Shown in pieces: positions 17,541-26,326 of a stretch of 30,729 nucleotides of DNA. Position 1 is the first letter of the stretch. The number at the start of each line of letters is the position of its first letter. A model generated the notes under the pieces. That model ran no database searches, had not been told where the DNA came from, and was given only the letters and a program-made list of their open reading frames with translations. Source of the DNA: an uncultured archaeon (GTDB lineage: Archaea; Asgardarchaeota; Thorarchaeia; Thorarchaeales; Thorarchaeaceae); NCBI GenBank assembly GCA_964590575.1, contig CAZPWM010000034.1, positions 1 through 30,729 of the forward strand, written 5' to 3'. Position numbers and translations under genes: made by a program.

Positions 17541-18358
17541 TGAGTCCTGAAACAAAGCCCGATTTTCTAATCAGTCCTGAGGGCTTGAGAGTAGATGGTC
17601 GTAGACCTGATGAAATGCGACCAATTGAGCTAAAGGTTGGTGTACTCAAACAAGCTGATGGCTCAGCATCAATACGTCAAGGAAAGACCTACATCATCGC
17701 TGGTGTCTATGGTCCAAGAGAGCTACATCCAAGGCATTTGACATTGAATGATAGAGCATATCTACGAGTTGAATATCGAATGGCCACATTTTCTGTACCT
17801 GATAGAAAGAGACCAGCTCCATCTCGCAGAGAGAAAGAAATTTCCATGGTTATCGCAAATGCTTTGAAGCCTGTACTATTTCTTGAGGATTTTCCAAAAG
17901 CCGTAGTAGATATCTTCATCCAGGTGATACAAGCTGACGGAGGCACCCGATGTGCTGCAATAAATGCTGCTTCGCTAGCGCTAGCTGACGCAGGAATTCC
18001 GATGAGGAGCTTGATACCTGCTGTAGCTGTTGGTAAAGCTGATGGAAAACTCCTTGTAGACCTAGGTGATGAGGAAGACAAGTACGGTGAGGGTGATGTG
18101 CCAATGGCTATTATCCCCCAAACAGAAGAGATTACACTTTTGCAGCAAGACGGGTCATTCACTCGTGAGGAGCTCATGGAAGCAATGCAGATGGGAATAA
18201 ACTCTTGCAAGTATCTTCATGAACTACAAAAGGAGGCTCTTCGACGAGAGTACGTCAAGAAGACACCCGATAACGGTGATGATGATGATGAGGATGATGG
18301 CTTCGAAGATGATATGGAAACAGATCTTGGCGAAGCAGAACTAATGGAGGATGAGTAG
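17540..18358 (+). CDS. rrp41: Exosome phosphorolytic core subunit Rrp41
   Basis: RVDGRRPDEMR, ADGSA, VYGPRE, PSRREKEIS, QADGGTR and DL..EED..G..D motifs. Confidence 0.96.
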   Translation: MSPETKPDFLISPEGLRVDGRRPDEMRPIELKVGVLKQADGSASIRQGKTYIIAGVYGPRELHPRHLTLNDRAYLRVEYRMATFSVPDRKRPAPSRREKEISMVIANALKPVLFLEDFPKAVVDIFIQVIQADGGTRCAAINAASLALADAGIPMRSLIPAVAVGKADGKLLVDLGDEEDKYGEGDVPMAIIPQTEEITLLQQDGSFTREELMEAMQMGINSCKYLHELQKEALRREYVKKTPDNGDDDDEDDGFEDDMETDLGEAELMEDE

Positions 18359-19187
18359 AATGGGTGATTATAGTACGGAAACAATTAGTCACATTGACCG
18401 TGAGTTCATTTCAGACCTTCTTCGGAAGGGTGAGCGAATTGATGGTAGAGCATTCAATCAGTATCGTGACCTTGAGATTGAAGTTAATGTAGTACCAGCG
18501 AAGGCTGAAGGTTCAGCTCTTGTTAGACTAGGTGACACATCCGTAGTTACAGGCGTTAAGGTTCTTGTTGGAGAGCCCTATCCGGATTCTCCTGATGAGG
18601 GAGTAACCATGGTTTCTGCTGAGATGTCTCCCATTGCATCACCACTGTTCGAGCTGGGGCCTCCCAAAGCGGAAGCTATCGAACTTGCTCGAATTGTCGA
18701 TAGAGGAGTACGAGAGTCTGGAACCGTTGATGCAAAGAAGCTCTGTATCAAGGAAGGTAAGAAAGTCTACATGGTTTTTGCAGACATCTATCCCATGGAA
18801 TACGATGGTAACCTTATCGATGCATCATCAATTGCTGTCAATGCAGCCCTACTCACTACAAAATATCCTGAGATGAAGGTGGAAGATAGTAAGGTTGTAG
18901 CTACAGGAGAACTATTGTCTTTACCAATAAACAATGTTGCTGTCGAGCACACGGTGGCCAAGATTGATGAAACTCTGATCATCGATACAATACTGAAAGA
19001 AGAGTTTGTCCAAGACTGTAGATTAACAATGGCAATTGATAAAGCTAGCAACTTTACCGCCATGCAGAAGGGCGGTGGATCCGGTCCAATATCCCTTGAG
19101 CAGGTAGACCAAGCTATGGAAATGGCTCTTGAAACATCCAAGGACATCCAGAAAGCAATCGAAGAAGCTGTAAAAACAGTAGAATAA
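18351..19187 (+). CDS. rrp42: Exosome core subunit Rrp42
   Basis: RIDGR, AEGSALVRLGDT, PYPDSPDEG, ELARIVDRGVRES, YDGNLIDA and MQKGG motifs. Confidence 0.96.
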   Translation: MSRMGDYSTETISHIDREFISDLLRKGERIDGRAFNQYRDLEIEVNVVPAKAEGSALVRLGDTSVVTGVKVLVGEPYPDSPDEGVTMVSAEMSPIASPLFELGPPKAEAIELARIVDRGVRESGTVDAKKLCIKEGKKVYMVFADIYPMEYDGNLIDASSIAVNAALLTTKYPEMKVEDSKVVATGELLSLPINNVAVEHTVAKIDETLIIDTILKEEFVQDCRLTMAIDKASNFTAMQKGGGSGPISLEQVDQAMEMALETSKDIQKAIEEAVKTVE

Positions 19188-19236
19188 GCACAATAAGGTG
19201 GTTAGGTATCATTCCTAACCATCTGTTTTATGCTTA
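19185..19236 (+). terminator. Long hairpin after rrp42 (terminator or processing element)
   Basis: AGGTGGTTAGG(19196-206)/CCTAACCATCT(19214-224) 11-bp stem with one G-U, followed by GTTTT; outer TAAGCA/TGCTTA pairing. Confidence 0.55.
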
Positions 19237-19341
19237 CGGATAGGAAAGATAATAAGAGAAACTGTTGGGCGACTGATAGGTTCCAGCAATCCGACTTCAC
19301 CTCAAATGGGCGTGAAGTAATTAAAACTAGGAGACCAGAAA

Positions 19342-19743
19342 ATGGCACGAACCAAGAAGGTTGGTAGCACAGGAAGATACGGATCAAGGTATGGTGCAAA
19401 GCTACGCCGCAGGGTCCTTGACATTGATAACCGGAGGAAGGAACCAACCCGTTGTCCCGCATGTGCCACAAAAGCACTGAAAAGGAAAGCTGTAGGACTT
19501 TGGGTGTGCAGCAAATGCGATTTGCTATTTGCTGGCGGAGCCTACGTTCCTTATACTGATGCTGGAAAGGCCGCTAAACGAGCCATTGCTCAACGTGTTT
19601 CAGGTGACTTTCTCGCACTTCGTGATGACGAAGACATCGAAGAAGCTGTTGATTTCCTCCCCAATGTTGAAAGAGAGGAAGTAGTCATTGATGCAGAAAC
19701 AGTTACTACTGATGATACGGTAACTTCTACCAAAGAAGAGTGA
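19342..19743 (+). CDS. rpl37ae: 50S ribosomal protein L37Ae (eL43) with an acidic C-terminal extension
   Basis: RTKKVGSTGRYGSRYGAKLR; CPAC...CSKC zinc ribbon; AGGAY motif. Confidence 0.96.
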   Translation: MARTKKVGSTGRYGSRYGAKLRRRVLDIDNRRKEPTRCPACATKALKRKAVGLWVCSKCDLLFAGGAYVPYTDAGKAAKRAIAQRVSGDFLALRDDEDIEEAVDFLPNVEREEVVIDAETVTTDDTVTSTKEE

Positions 19744-20324
19744 TTCCAGGCCGAATTATCTTGCCTAACTCTAGTCTATTAATCACAACTTCCCGGAAGA
19801 CTTCCAATCGAGTGCGTTCCTTTGCACGTGATTTATGGACAGTTCTTCCTGGAACTGAGAGATTCAATCGTGGGGGAATGGGGCTTACTGAAATTACAGC
19901 CCGAGTCATGCAATCTGGTGCAAATGCTGCTTTAGTAATATCAATGTGGAAAGGGAATCCCCGATTACTTGTTTTCACAACCTCTACTGGACTTGAAGTC
20001 GTCAAGATAAAGATAGAAAGTGCTAAACTCCGACGTGAGGTCAATCCTGTCAAGAGTACAAGATTGATTGGCATATCTGGAGTCTTTATAAAATCTGGAA
20101 GTAGTGATCAAACAAGGGAGCTCGGAGTTGTTCTAGCTTCATTTCTCAATACCAAAATACAGGAGATTGCAGATCCTAAGGATGTACAGGTTGAATCAAA
20201 TTGGTCATTGATTTGGTTAGAAGACCTGCCTTCTGAAAAGATACTTTGGACACATTATAACTCTGGAAATAGAATTGAAATCGGTCCGAGGATTAGAGTA
20301 ACATCGATTAGGAGAATGGAGTAA
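19740..20324 (+). CDS. Brix/Imp4-domain ribosome biogenesis protein
   Basis: LITTSRKTSNRVRSFARDL...NRG, KGNP and EIGPRI motifs; conserved position in the superoperon. Confidence 0.88.
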   Translation: MIPGRIILPNSSLLITTSRKTSNRVRSFARDLWTVLPGTERFNRGGMGLTEITARVMQSGANAALVISMWKGNPRLLVFTTSTGLEVVKIKIESAKLRREVNPVKSTRLIGISGVFIKSGSSDQTRELGVVLASFLNTKIQEIADPKDVQVESNWSLIWLEDLPSEKILWTHYNSGNRIEIGPRIRVTSIRRME

Positions 20325-20325
20325 G

Positions 20326-20586
20326 ATGAGTTCAAACATTATTGGTGGAAAATCAGTGATTGAGATTCCGCTCGATTCCCAAAGGACTGCCGAAATACTA
20401 CTAGCCGCTCTTTTGCCCGAAACGAAATCAGGACCCTCAGATAGAGCCACAACACAAGTTTCGTTGCGAGACACCGTTCTGATAATTACAGTTGAGGCTA
20501 CAGACATTACCGCTTTACGAGCCGCAATGAACTCCTATATTGCATGGGTTTCTGCATGTATCAAATCAATCGAGCATGTTGGCTGA
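20326..20586 (+). CDS. pcc1: KEOPS complex subunit Pcc1
   Basis: ALLPE...RA...VEATDITALRAAMNSYIAW pattern. Confidence 0.9.
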   Translation: MSSNIIGGKSVIEIPLDSQRTAEILLAALLPETKSGPSDRATTQVSLRDTVLIITVEATDITALRAAMNSYIAWVSACIKSIEHVG

Positions 20587-20596
20587 TACAGACCAA

Positions 20597-20612
20597 TCAA
20601 AACGCTTAAGTC
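20597..20612 (+). promoter_or_regulatory. Putative BRE/TATA internal promoter for pfdB and downstream genes
   Basis: CAAAACGCTTAAGT about 60 nt before the ATG; AGGAG SD at about 20656. Confidence 0.35.
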
Positions 20613-20670
20613 CCAAATCATAGGGCGCAGTCTGAAACGAGTCTTATGTGAGAACAGGAGCGCATCAATT

Positions 20671-21033
20671 ATGGCACAAAACATACCCCCGGAATTGGAT
20701 TCTGACATTCGGAAGTTGTACAATCTGAAACGTCAACACGAAGCATTCACTAACATGGTTGAAACCTATGCGGAACGGGTCAAACAAATAAATGAAACAC
20801 TTGAAAATCTAAAAAAACAACCTGATGACACAATTACCTACAAAGCTGTGGGGCAAGTCATGTTCAGAGTTGAAAAGATTGCTATGGTTGACGAGCTTGA
20901 AACTGAAGTAAAAGGCCTTGATAAAAGCATGGCACAAGCAAAGAAAAAGCTCGAAACGCTCACACCAGAACTCACACAACTTGAGAACAACATCCAGCTT
21001 GAGCTTTCCAAACGTAATCTTCGTCTTCAGTGA
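20671..21033 (+). CDS. pfdB: Prefoldin beta subunit
   Basis: Coiled coil, single hairpin PDDTITYKAVGQVMF, coiled coil; follows pcc1. Confidence 0.9.
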   Translation: MAQNIPPELDSDIRKLYNLKRQHEAFTNMVETYAERVKQINETLENLKKQPDDTITYKAVGQVMFRVEKIAMVDELETEVKGLDKSMAQAKKKLETLTPELTQLENNIQLELSKRNLRLQ

Positions 21034-21341
21034 GAATGATGAGTCCTACACTTAGTATAGGGCTTCCTAATCTGTCTGAGGAAGTCCTTGAAAATCTAGC
21101 AGAAGAGTGCGAAGCACAAGTCAGTAAGTTCATTCTGACAAAGATTCCTGAGAAGAGTATTGATACTTTGTTCGTTAGCTGTACTTTGGAATATGTGGAG
21201 GATCAGCTAGACCTAGATGTCCAGCTTGAAATAGACCAACTGTTCGACACTGGCCATTCACTTGATGATTTATTGCAAGAAGCAGTAGACTTTGGAGTTG
21301 ATTGGTTCGAAAATCAGCTAACGGAGATGAAGAAAAAGTGA
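21030..21341 (+). CDS. DUF3194-like acidic protein
   Basis: IGLPNLSEE..E.LAE motif; small acidic protein in the usual position after pfdB. Confidence 0.7.
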   Translation: MRMMSPTLSIGLPNLSEEVLENLAEECEAQVSKFILTKIPEKSIDTLFVSCTLEYVEDQLDLDVQLEIDQLFDTGHSLDDLLQEAVDFGVDWFENQLTEMKKK

Positions 21342-22342
21342 ATCTAGAACTTCTTCTGAAAGACTCTCGTAATCCCCTCATTCTTGGACACCAGAATGCC
21401 GATCCTGACGCTGTATGTTCAATGATTGCTTTTGCAAGACTCTACAAAATACTCAATCCTGATGGTGCCCCTCAACTAGTAGCTGATGATACCAGCCGTC
21501 TTTCGAATCAGGTTTTACAAGTATTCGAGCCAGATTTGAAGATTGCAAGAACTCCAGAACTGAGTCATGACTTGTTAGTTCTTCTTGATACAAATAGTAG
21601 ATTCCAGCTAGGAACTACACTACAACATATACCAGAAAATCCCAGCAAGACCATAGTTATTGACCATCATGAACGAAATCCTGAGATTGACCTAATTGCA
21701 GAGCATCAAATATTGTCTGAAGACAAGTCTTCTACATGCGAGATTATGGTGAAGGTATATTCTGACCTAGATGTTCAGATTGATTCCAACACTGCTAACT
21801 TATTGTTGACGGGTATGATTTTTGACACCCGTCGTTTCTTTTATGCAGACTCGAAAACACTAGCGACAGCTATTGAGCTCATTGAAGCAGGTGCAAATTA
21901 TGAAAAATGCGTGAGATCTCTGTTAATTAAACCTGATAGATCCGAAAGCATCGCTCGACTAAAAGCAGCAGGTAGAGTGAAAGTGCATCTCGTCGATGAT
22001 TGGATCATAGCCTTATCTAAGATCAATGCATTTGAAGCAAGTGCGTGTCGTGGACTTATTGAACTAGGTGCAGACGTGGCCATTGTTGGTGGAAACCCTT
22101 CCAAGGATGTTGTTCGATTTAGTTCACGCAGTACAAGAGAATTCTTTGAAATGACAGGAGTCAGTTTAGGTTCTGATGTGATGGAACCCCTAGGACAACT
22201 TATAGAGGGCGAAGGAGGGGGTCACGCAAACGCTGCTGGTGCTAATGGAAAAAAGAACCTCGAGAAGGCAATGAAGCGTTCGGTAGAGCTCATTAGGGAG
22301 GCTGTTCAAGCAAAAAATGCCTCTGACGGGAGTTCAACATAG
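21338..22342 (+). CDS. DHH/DHHA1 phosphoesterase (NrnA-like); probable GTG start at 21338
   Basis: GHQNADPDA, LDTN, IDHHE, GMIFDT and GGGHANAAG motifs; GTGA start/stop overlap. Confidence 0.92.
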   Translation: MNLELLLKDSRNPLILGHQNADPDAVCSMIAFARLYKILNPDGAPQLVADDTSRLSNQVLQVFEPDLKIARTPELSHDLLVLLDTNSRFQLGTTLQHIPENPSKTIVIDHHERNPEIDLIAEHQILSEDKSSTCEIMVKVYSDLDVQIDSNTANLLLTGMIFDTRRFFYADSKTLATAIELIEAGANYEKCVRSLLIKPDRSESIARLKAAGRVKVHLVDDWIIALSKINAFEASACRGLIELGADVAIVGGNPSKDVVRFSSRSTREFFEMTGVSLGSDVMEPLGQLIEGEGGGHANAAGANGKKNLEKAMKRSVELIREAVQAKNASDGSST

Positions 22343-22355
22343 GAGATTGCTTAGA

Positions 22356-23198
22356 GTGCCCTTGATAGAGTTTATAGACTTCAGTTTCAAGTATCTAGGA
22401 GCTGACTCTCTAGCACTCCGGAAGGTAAATCTCAATATTTCAGATGGTGAGTACGTTGTTATCACTGGACCTAGTGGTTGTGGTAAGACAACTCTGTGTA
22501 GAGCTATCAATGGCCTAGTTCCTCAATTTCATCGTGGTTACATCGCCGGGAATGTAACAGTTGATGGAAAGAACACTAGGGCGCACAATGTTGCCGATTT
22601 TGCGCCAATCGCAGGATTAGTGTTTCAACAACCAGAGAATCAATTAGTGACATTGAATGTCGAGCGTGAGATTGCGTTCGGTCCCGAGAATCTGGGCGTT
22701 GAACCGACTGAAATACGTCGAAGAGTCGACGAACTCATTGATATGTTGGATCTTGAACATCTGCGGGAGAAACATCCCCATGAGATGTCTGGTGGTGAGC
22801 AACAGAGGGTAGCTATAGCAGCAACACTAGCCCTTAAACCAAAAGTGCTCGTTGCAGATGAACCCACCTCCAACCTTGACCCACAAAGTGCTGAAACGAT
22901 TCTTGATTTGATTGCAGATTTGAATAGACGCGACCTGACAGTTGTGCTTGTTGAACATCGTTTAGATTTGGTGTCAAAGGATGCATCACGTGTTGTACTG
23001 ATGGATCAGGGTTGCATTGTAGCAGATGGTGAGCCACGAGATGTGTTATCTATGGATATATGCCAGGAGATTGGAGTGGGAATTCCAAAAGCAACACAGC
23101 TCTACAAACGTCTGAAACAAAGAGGATTCAACCTCGACAAAGTTCCACTTACAGGTGCAGAACTAGCGATACTCGTACAGGAGGCGAAACAGAGATGA
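22356..23198 (+). CDS. ecfA: ECF transporter ATPase EcfA; probable GTG start at 22356
   Basis: GPSGCGKTT, VFQQPENQL, EIAFGPENLG, MSGGEQQR, DEPT and VEH motifs; AGGAG SD at 22341. Confidence 0.92.
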   Translation: MPLIEFIDFSFKYLGADSLALRKVNLNISDGEYVVITGPSGCGKTTLCRAINGLVPQFHRGYIAGNVTVDGKNTRAHNVADFAPIAGLVFQQPENQLVTLNVEREIAFGPENLGVEPTEIRRRVDELIDMLDLEHLREKHPHEMSGGEQQRVAIAATLALKPKVLVADEPTSNLDPQSAETILDLIADLNRRDLTVVLVEHRLDLVSKDASRVVLMDQGCIVADGEPRDVLSMDICQEIGVGIPKATQLYKRLKQRGFNLDKVPLTGAELAILVQEAKQR

Positions 23199-24019
23199 TA
23201 CTGCTCGAAGATGTACACTTCGCCTACGACGGATTGTATACAGCTCTACGTGGAGTATCTCTCCAAATCGATGAATGTGAAAGAATCGCAATAGTTGGGA
23301 GTAATGGTGCTGGAAAAACTACACTCGTGAAGCATCTCAATGGTCTGCTTCGTCCAGATCAGGGTCGAGTGATATTGGATGGTGTAGATACAAAACATTT
23401 CTCTGTTGCAGAACTAGCTCGTGAGATAGGGCTTGTTATGCAAAACCCTGATCATCAACTCTTCCTAGACAGTGTGGAACGAGAGGTTCTATTCAGTCTT
23501 GAGAACTTGGGGTATTCAAAAGAAGAATCTAAGGCACGCTGTAATCGCACACTCAATAATCTTGGTCTTGAGGGGCTCTCAGAACGATCCCCCTTCACAC
23601 TATCAGGAGGAGAGCGAAAGCGAGTCGCACTTGCATCAGTCCTCGCCACCGAACCGAGAATCCTCTCCCTAGATGAACCAACAATTGGGCAAGATGCAAG
23701 GCAAAAAGAGAATCTCGCTAAGATGCTCGGTGAGTTGAATGAGAAAGGCAAAGCAGTGATTGTGGTCACTCACGACATCGAGTTTGTGATTGAAAATTTC
23801 CCTCGCACTATTGCTATGGCCAATGGCAGAATTATTGCAGATGGTCCTACAAACTCCGTTCTGAGTAATGATGATGTATTAGAGAGATGTTCTCTTACAA
23901 GACCACAGCTAACTGAAACCGCGCGATGTCTTCACAAGGTGTTCCCTGAAGTTACAGAGAGACTCACCTTGATAGACGATCTAGAAGCGGTCGTGGTGAA
24001 AGTGCTAGGAGGTGGGTGA
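23195..24019 (+). CDS. ecfA2: ECF transporter ATPase EcfA'; probable start at 23195
   Basis: GSNGAGKTT, QNPDHQLF, PFTLSGGERKR, DEPTIGQD and THD motifs; ATGA overlap and GGAGG SD. Confidence 0.92.
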   Translation: MILLEDVHFAYDGLYTALRGVSLQIDECERIAIVGSNGAGKTTLVKHLNGLLRPDQGRVILDGVDTKHFSVAELAREIGLVMQNPDHQLFLDSVEREVLFSLENLGYSKEESKARCNRTLNNLGLEGLSERSPFTLSGGERKRVALASVLATEPRILSLDEPTIGQDARQKENLAKMLGELNEKGKAVIVVTHDIEFVIENFPRTIAMANGRIIADGPTNSVLSNDDVLERCSLTRPQLTETARCLHKVFPEVTERLTLIDDLEAVVVKVLGGG

Positions 24020-24791
24020 GATCTCGTTCCTTGAGATTTTTCAATATACTCGCCAAGATTCTGTGATTCATCGACTGGATCCCAGAGCAAAATTGTTCAT
24101 GAGTATTGTCTTAGCATTGGTATCATTACTGTTTCTTTCTATTATTCCTCTACTAATTATATTCTGTTGCTTAGTGCCAATTATTGGTGCTGCTAAATCG
24201 CTTCGTCGATGGTCCCGCAGTATGAAGGGTCTTTCCGTTTTACTCATCTTCATTATCATTTTCAATACATTACTATCGACACAACCCAATCCTTTCTCTC
24301 ACTCAATTGCACTCACACTTAGACTCGTGGCATTAATGACCTCATTCTCAATATTCTTTCTGACAGTACATCCTGACGAGTTATCGCAATCTTTGATCCA
24401 GATGAGGGTTCGTTTTGAATTTGCATTTGCTATGAGCATGGCAATGAGGTATGTCCCAACTCTTGGACAAGAAGCATATGCAATAATGGATGCTCAAAAA
24501 GCCCGCGGAGTTGAGCTCGACAAAGGAAACCTACTCAAGCGGATTCGTAACATTGTCCCCATCATTGTACCACTGATAATTGTGTCAATCCGCCGCGCTC
24601 TTTCAATAGCTGAAAGTATGGAGTCCCGAGGGTTTGGTGCAAGTGCGCACCGGACTTATATGACTGTCCTAAAATTCAGGAAACGTGACTGGGCTGTCGT
24701 GATTATTTCATTTCTTGTTCTAGTCTTAGTTGTATACGTGCGTCTATTCATGTCATTGCCCACTTGGATGCTTTGGGAATTACCAATCTAG
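24012..24791 (+). CDS. ecfT: ECF transporter transmembrane component EcfT
   Basis: HRLDPRAKL, AMRYVPT and the two coupling motifs AQKARG and MESRGF. Confidence 0.93.
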   Translation: MGEISFLEIFQYTRQDSVIHRLDPRAKLFMSIVLALVSLLFLSIIPLLIIFCCLVPIIGAAKSLRRWSRSMKGLSVLLIFIIIFNTLLSTQPNPFSHSIALTLRLVALMTSFSIFFLTVHPDELSQSLIQMRVRFEFAFAMSMAMRYVPTLGQEAYAIMDAQKARGVELDKGNLLKRIRNIVPIIVPLIIVSIRRALSIAESMESRGFGASAHRTYMTVLKFRKRDWAVVIISFLVLVLVVYVRLFMSLPTWMLWELPI

Positions 24792-24835
24792 AAACCTAAC
24801 TCTTCATTAAGGTCTCTTAAGAAAAGCAACCTGAA

Positions 24836-25050
24836 TTGATTAGCCCAGACAGAATACGCCCTTTGAACAGTAAAGCAGCAAAGAATGGACAATATGTTCT
24901 TTATTGGACGCTGGCGTAGCTTGGTGTTTTGGAAAACATGACAGGGCCTGGAAAGAACGAGAAATTTTTGGCAAAGTAAGGTACATGAATGCTAATGGGC
25001 TGCGAAGAAAGTTCGATATTGAAGAATATGTTCGAAGAATTGATGAATGA
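24836..25050 (+). pseudogene. phr: Class II CPD photolyase remnant; N- and C-termini joined out of frame by a large internal deletion
   Basis: 24836-24907 reads (M)[23 protein letters not shown]; 24910-25050, in another frame, reads [46 protein letters not shown]. Both match the termini of class II photolyases. Confidence 0.9.
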
Positions 25051-25137
25051 TCTGCTGGTTCATTTGAAAGCTACACGCTGAGTTAATTTATCAACTATTG
25101 TGACAATAAACTAGCCAACATAGGTGGGTGAATCTCA

Positions 25138-25710
25138 GTGCCTGCAAAATTACCAAAGAGAAAACAATACAAAGTAAAAGACCTCCTAAATGATTTGAAA
25201 AAGATTGATGCCACACCTAGTGTTCTCTATACAGTAGGATCTGAGCTTGTTTATCGTGAGCTAGATTGGTGCAATAAAACTCTTGGTGATGGTCATACTG
25301 TGACTCAAAACTTAGTTGCGTTAATGGAGTTCATGCAGTCTGATTATGAATCGCAATTGGTTTCTGGGAAACTTTGGAAAGTGAAGGACACACCAAGCTT
25401 TGCAATCAACACATTCATGCGAGATAGACCTGATGAATTCCTGAACCATCCAATCGGGATTCTAAGTGAACAAATACAAGAGGTGCTCAAGAAAGCTGAA
25501 GAATCTCGACGAATGGAGAAGAAACAATACAAAAAATTGGAATCGCGTGTGCGCTCTGAGATAAAAACAGACAAGAAAAATCCCGATCTCTGGAACAAAC
25601 TACGTATTCTTCTATGGATTCTTGGGAAATATAATGAATCGAGTGAAGCGTTCAAAACCGCAAAGGAACTTGGCTGGTCCGTTGAGAATAGCACTCTCGT
25701 TGCGATATAG
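25138..25710 (+). CDS. Hypothetical protein with a C-terminal TPR-like helix pair
   Basis: NPDLWNKLRILLWILGKYNESSEAFKTAKELG; GGTG SD before the GTG. Confidence 0.7.
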   Translation: MPAKLPKRKQYKVKDLLNDLKKIDATPSVLYTVGSELVYRELDWCNKTLGDGHTVTQNLVALMEFMQSDYESQLVSGKLWKVKDTPSFAINTFMRDRPDEFLNHPIGILSEQIQEVLKKAEESRRMEKKQYKKLESRVRSEIKTDKKNPDLWNKLRILLWILGKYNESSEAFKTAKELGWSVENSTLVAI

Positions 25711-25756
25711 TTGGTCCTAGCCAGATGGTTTTGTCCGCCAGTTTTTAAAGTCAAAC

Positions 25757-26113
25757 TTAGAAACCAATTGGTTCAATTGGATGAAGAAAGGCTTGGAACT
25801 CCAAAGCTCTGTCTTCTGGGTCTAGCGCGAAGAATTGATATATCTGGTACTTCTCATTCGTTGTGGGTTGTGAGGTCGCGATATGGCTTAGCATGCTATA
25901 CATCGCGTCAACATCCTCCTTCGAAGAGTAGAAGAATGTAATCATGCCTTCAACCTCAGAAGGCTCACGTTGACAGAATCCTAGGAGGAGGTTGCCGTGA
26001 CTAAGAATAATACAATCCTCTTGCTCTAACCACACATGCATACCAACATCACTCACATAGAATTCAACAATCTCTTGGAGCATCGTAGTTCTGAAGAACA
26101 CAATCCCTGCCAA
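25757..26113 (-). CDS. VOC/glyoxalase family protein; probable TTG start at 26113
   Basis: GIVFF...EFYVSDVG, VDAMY and YQFFALDPEDRALEFQ motifs. Confidence 0.85.
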   Translation of the reverse strand: MAGIVFFRTTMLQEIVEFYVSDVGMHVWLEQEDCIILSHGNLLLGFCQREPSEVEGMITFFYSSKEDVDAMYSMLSHIATSQPTTNEKYQIYQFFALDPEDRALEFQAFLHPIEPIGF

Positions 26114-26326
26114 TCCACACACCAAACCCTACTACCACGGGGTACCTGATATGTTTTGGGAGATTGTCCATATTTGAAGCGATTGCGCAAATCCGCATTA
26201 CACACTTCGTTTTTTAGCTCCTAAATGACTCCTCCTGTAATTTTCACACCCATTGGTTTCACGCAAATAGATATTCTATCAAGATAATGCATGCACAACT
26301 GAAAAGATGTTGGAGGACTAACAGAA

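Noticed and set aside
17707-18210. 167-aa minus-strand ORF and other short antisense or alternate-frame ORFs
   Set aside because: They lie within well-supported genes and have no recognisable domains.
17493-18300. GAA and GAT triplet runs as standalone repeats
   Set aside because: They encode the acidic tails and are covered in that finding.
23060-23194. 45-aa N-terminal extension of EcfA' (similarly 21302, 22317, 13300, 15096)
   Set aside because: Longest-ORF artefacts; downstream starts have an SD or a stop/start overlap and match family lengths.
25711-25941. 76-aa plus-strand ORF after the TPR gene
   Set aside because: Mostly antisense to the VOC gene; no SD or motif.
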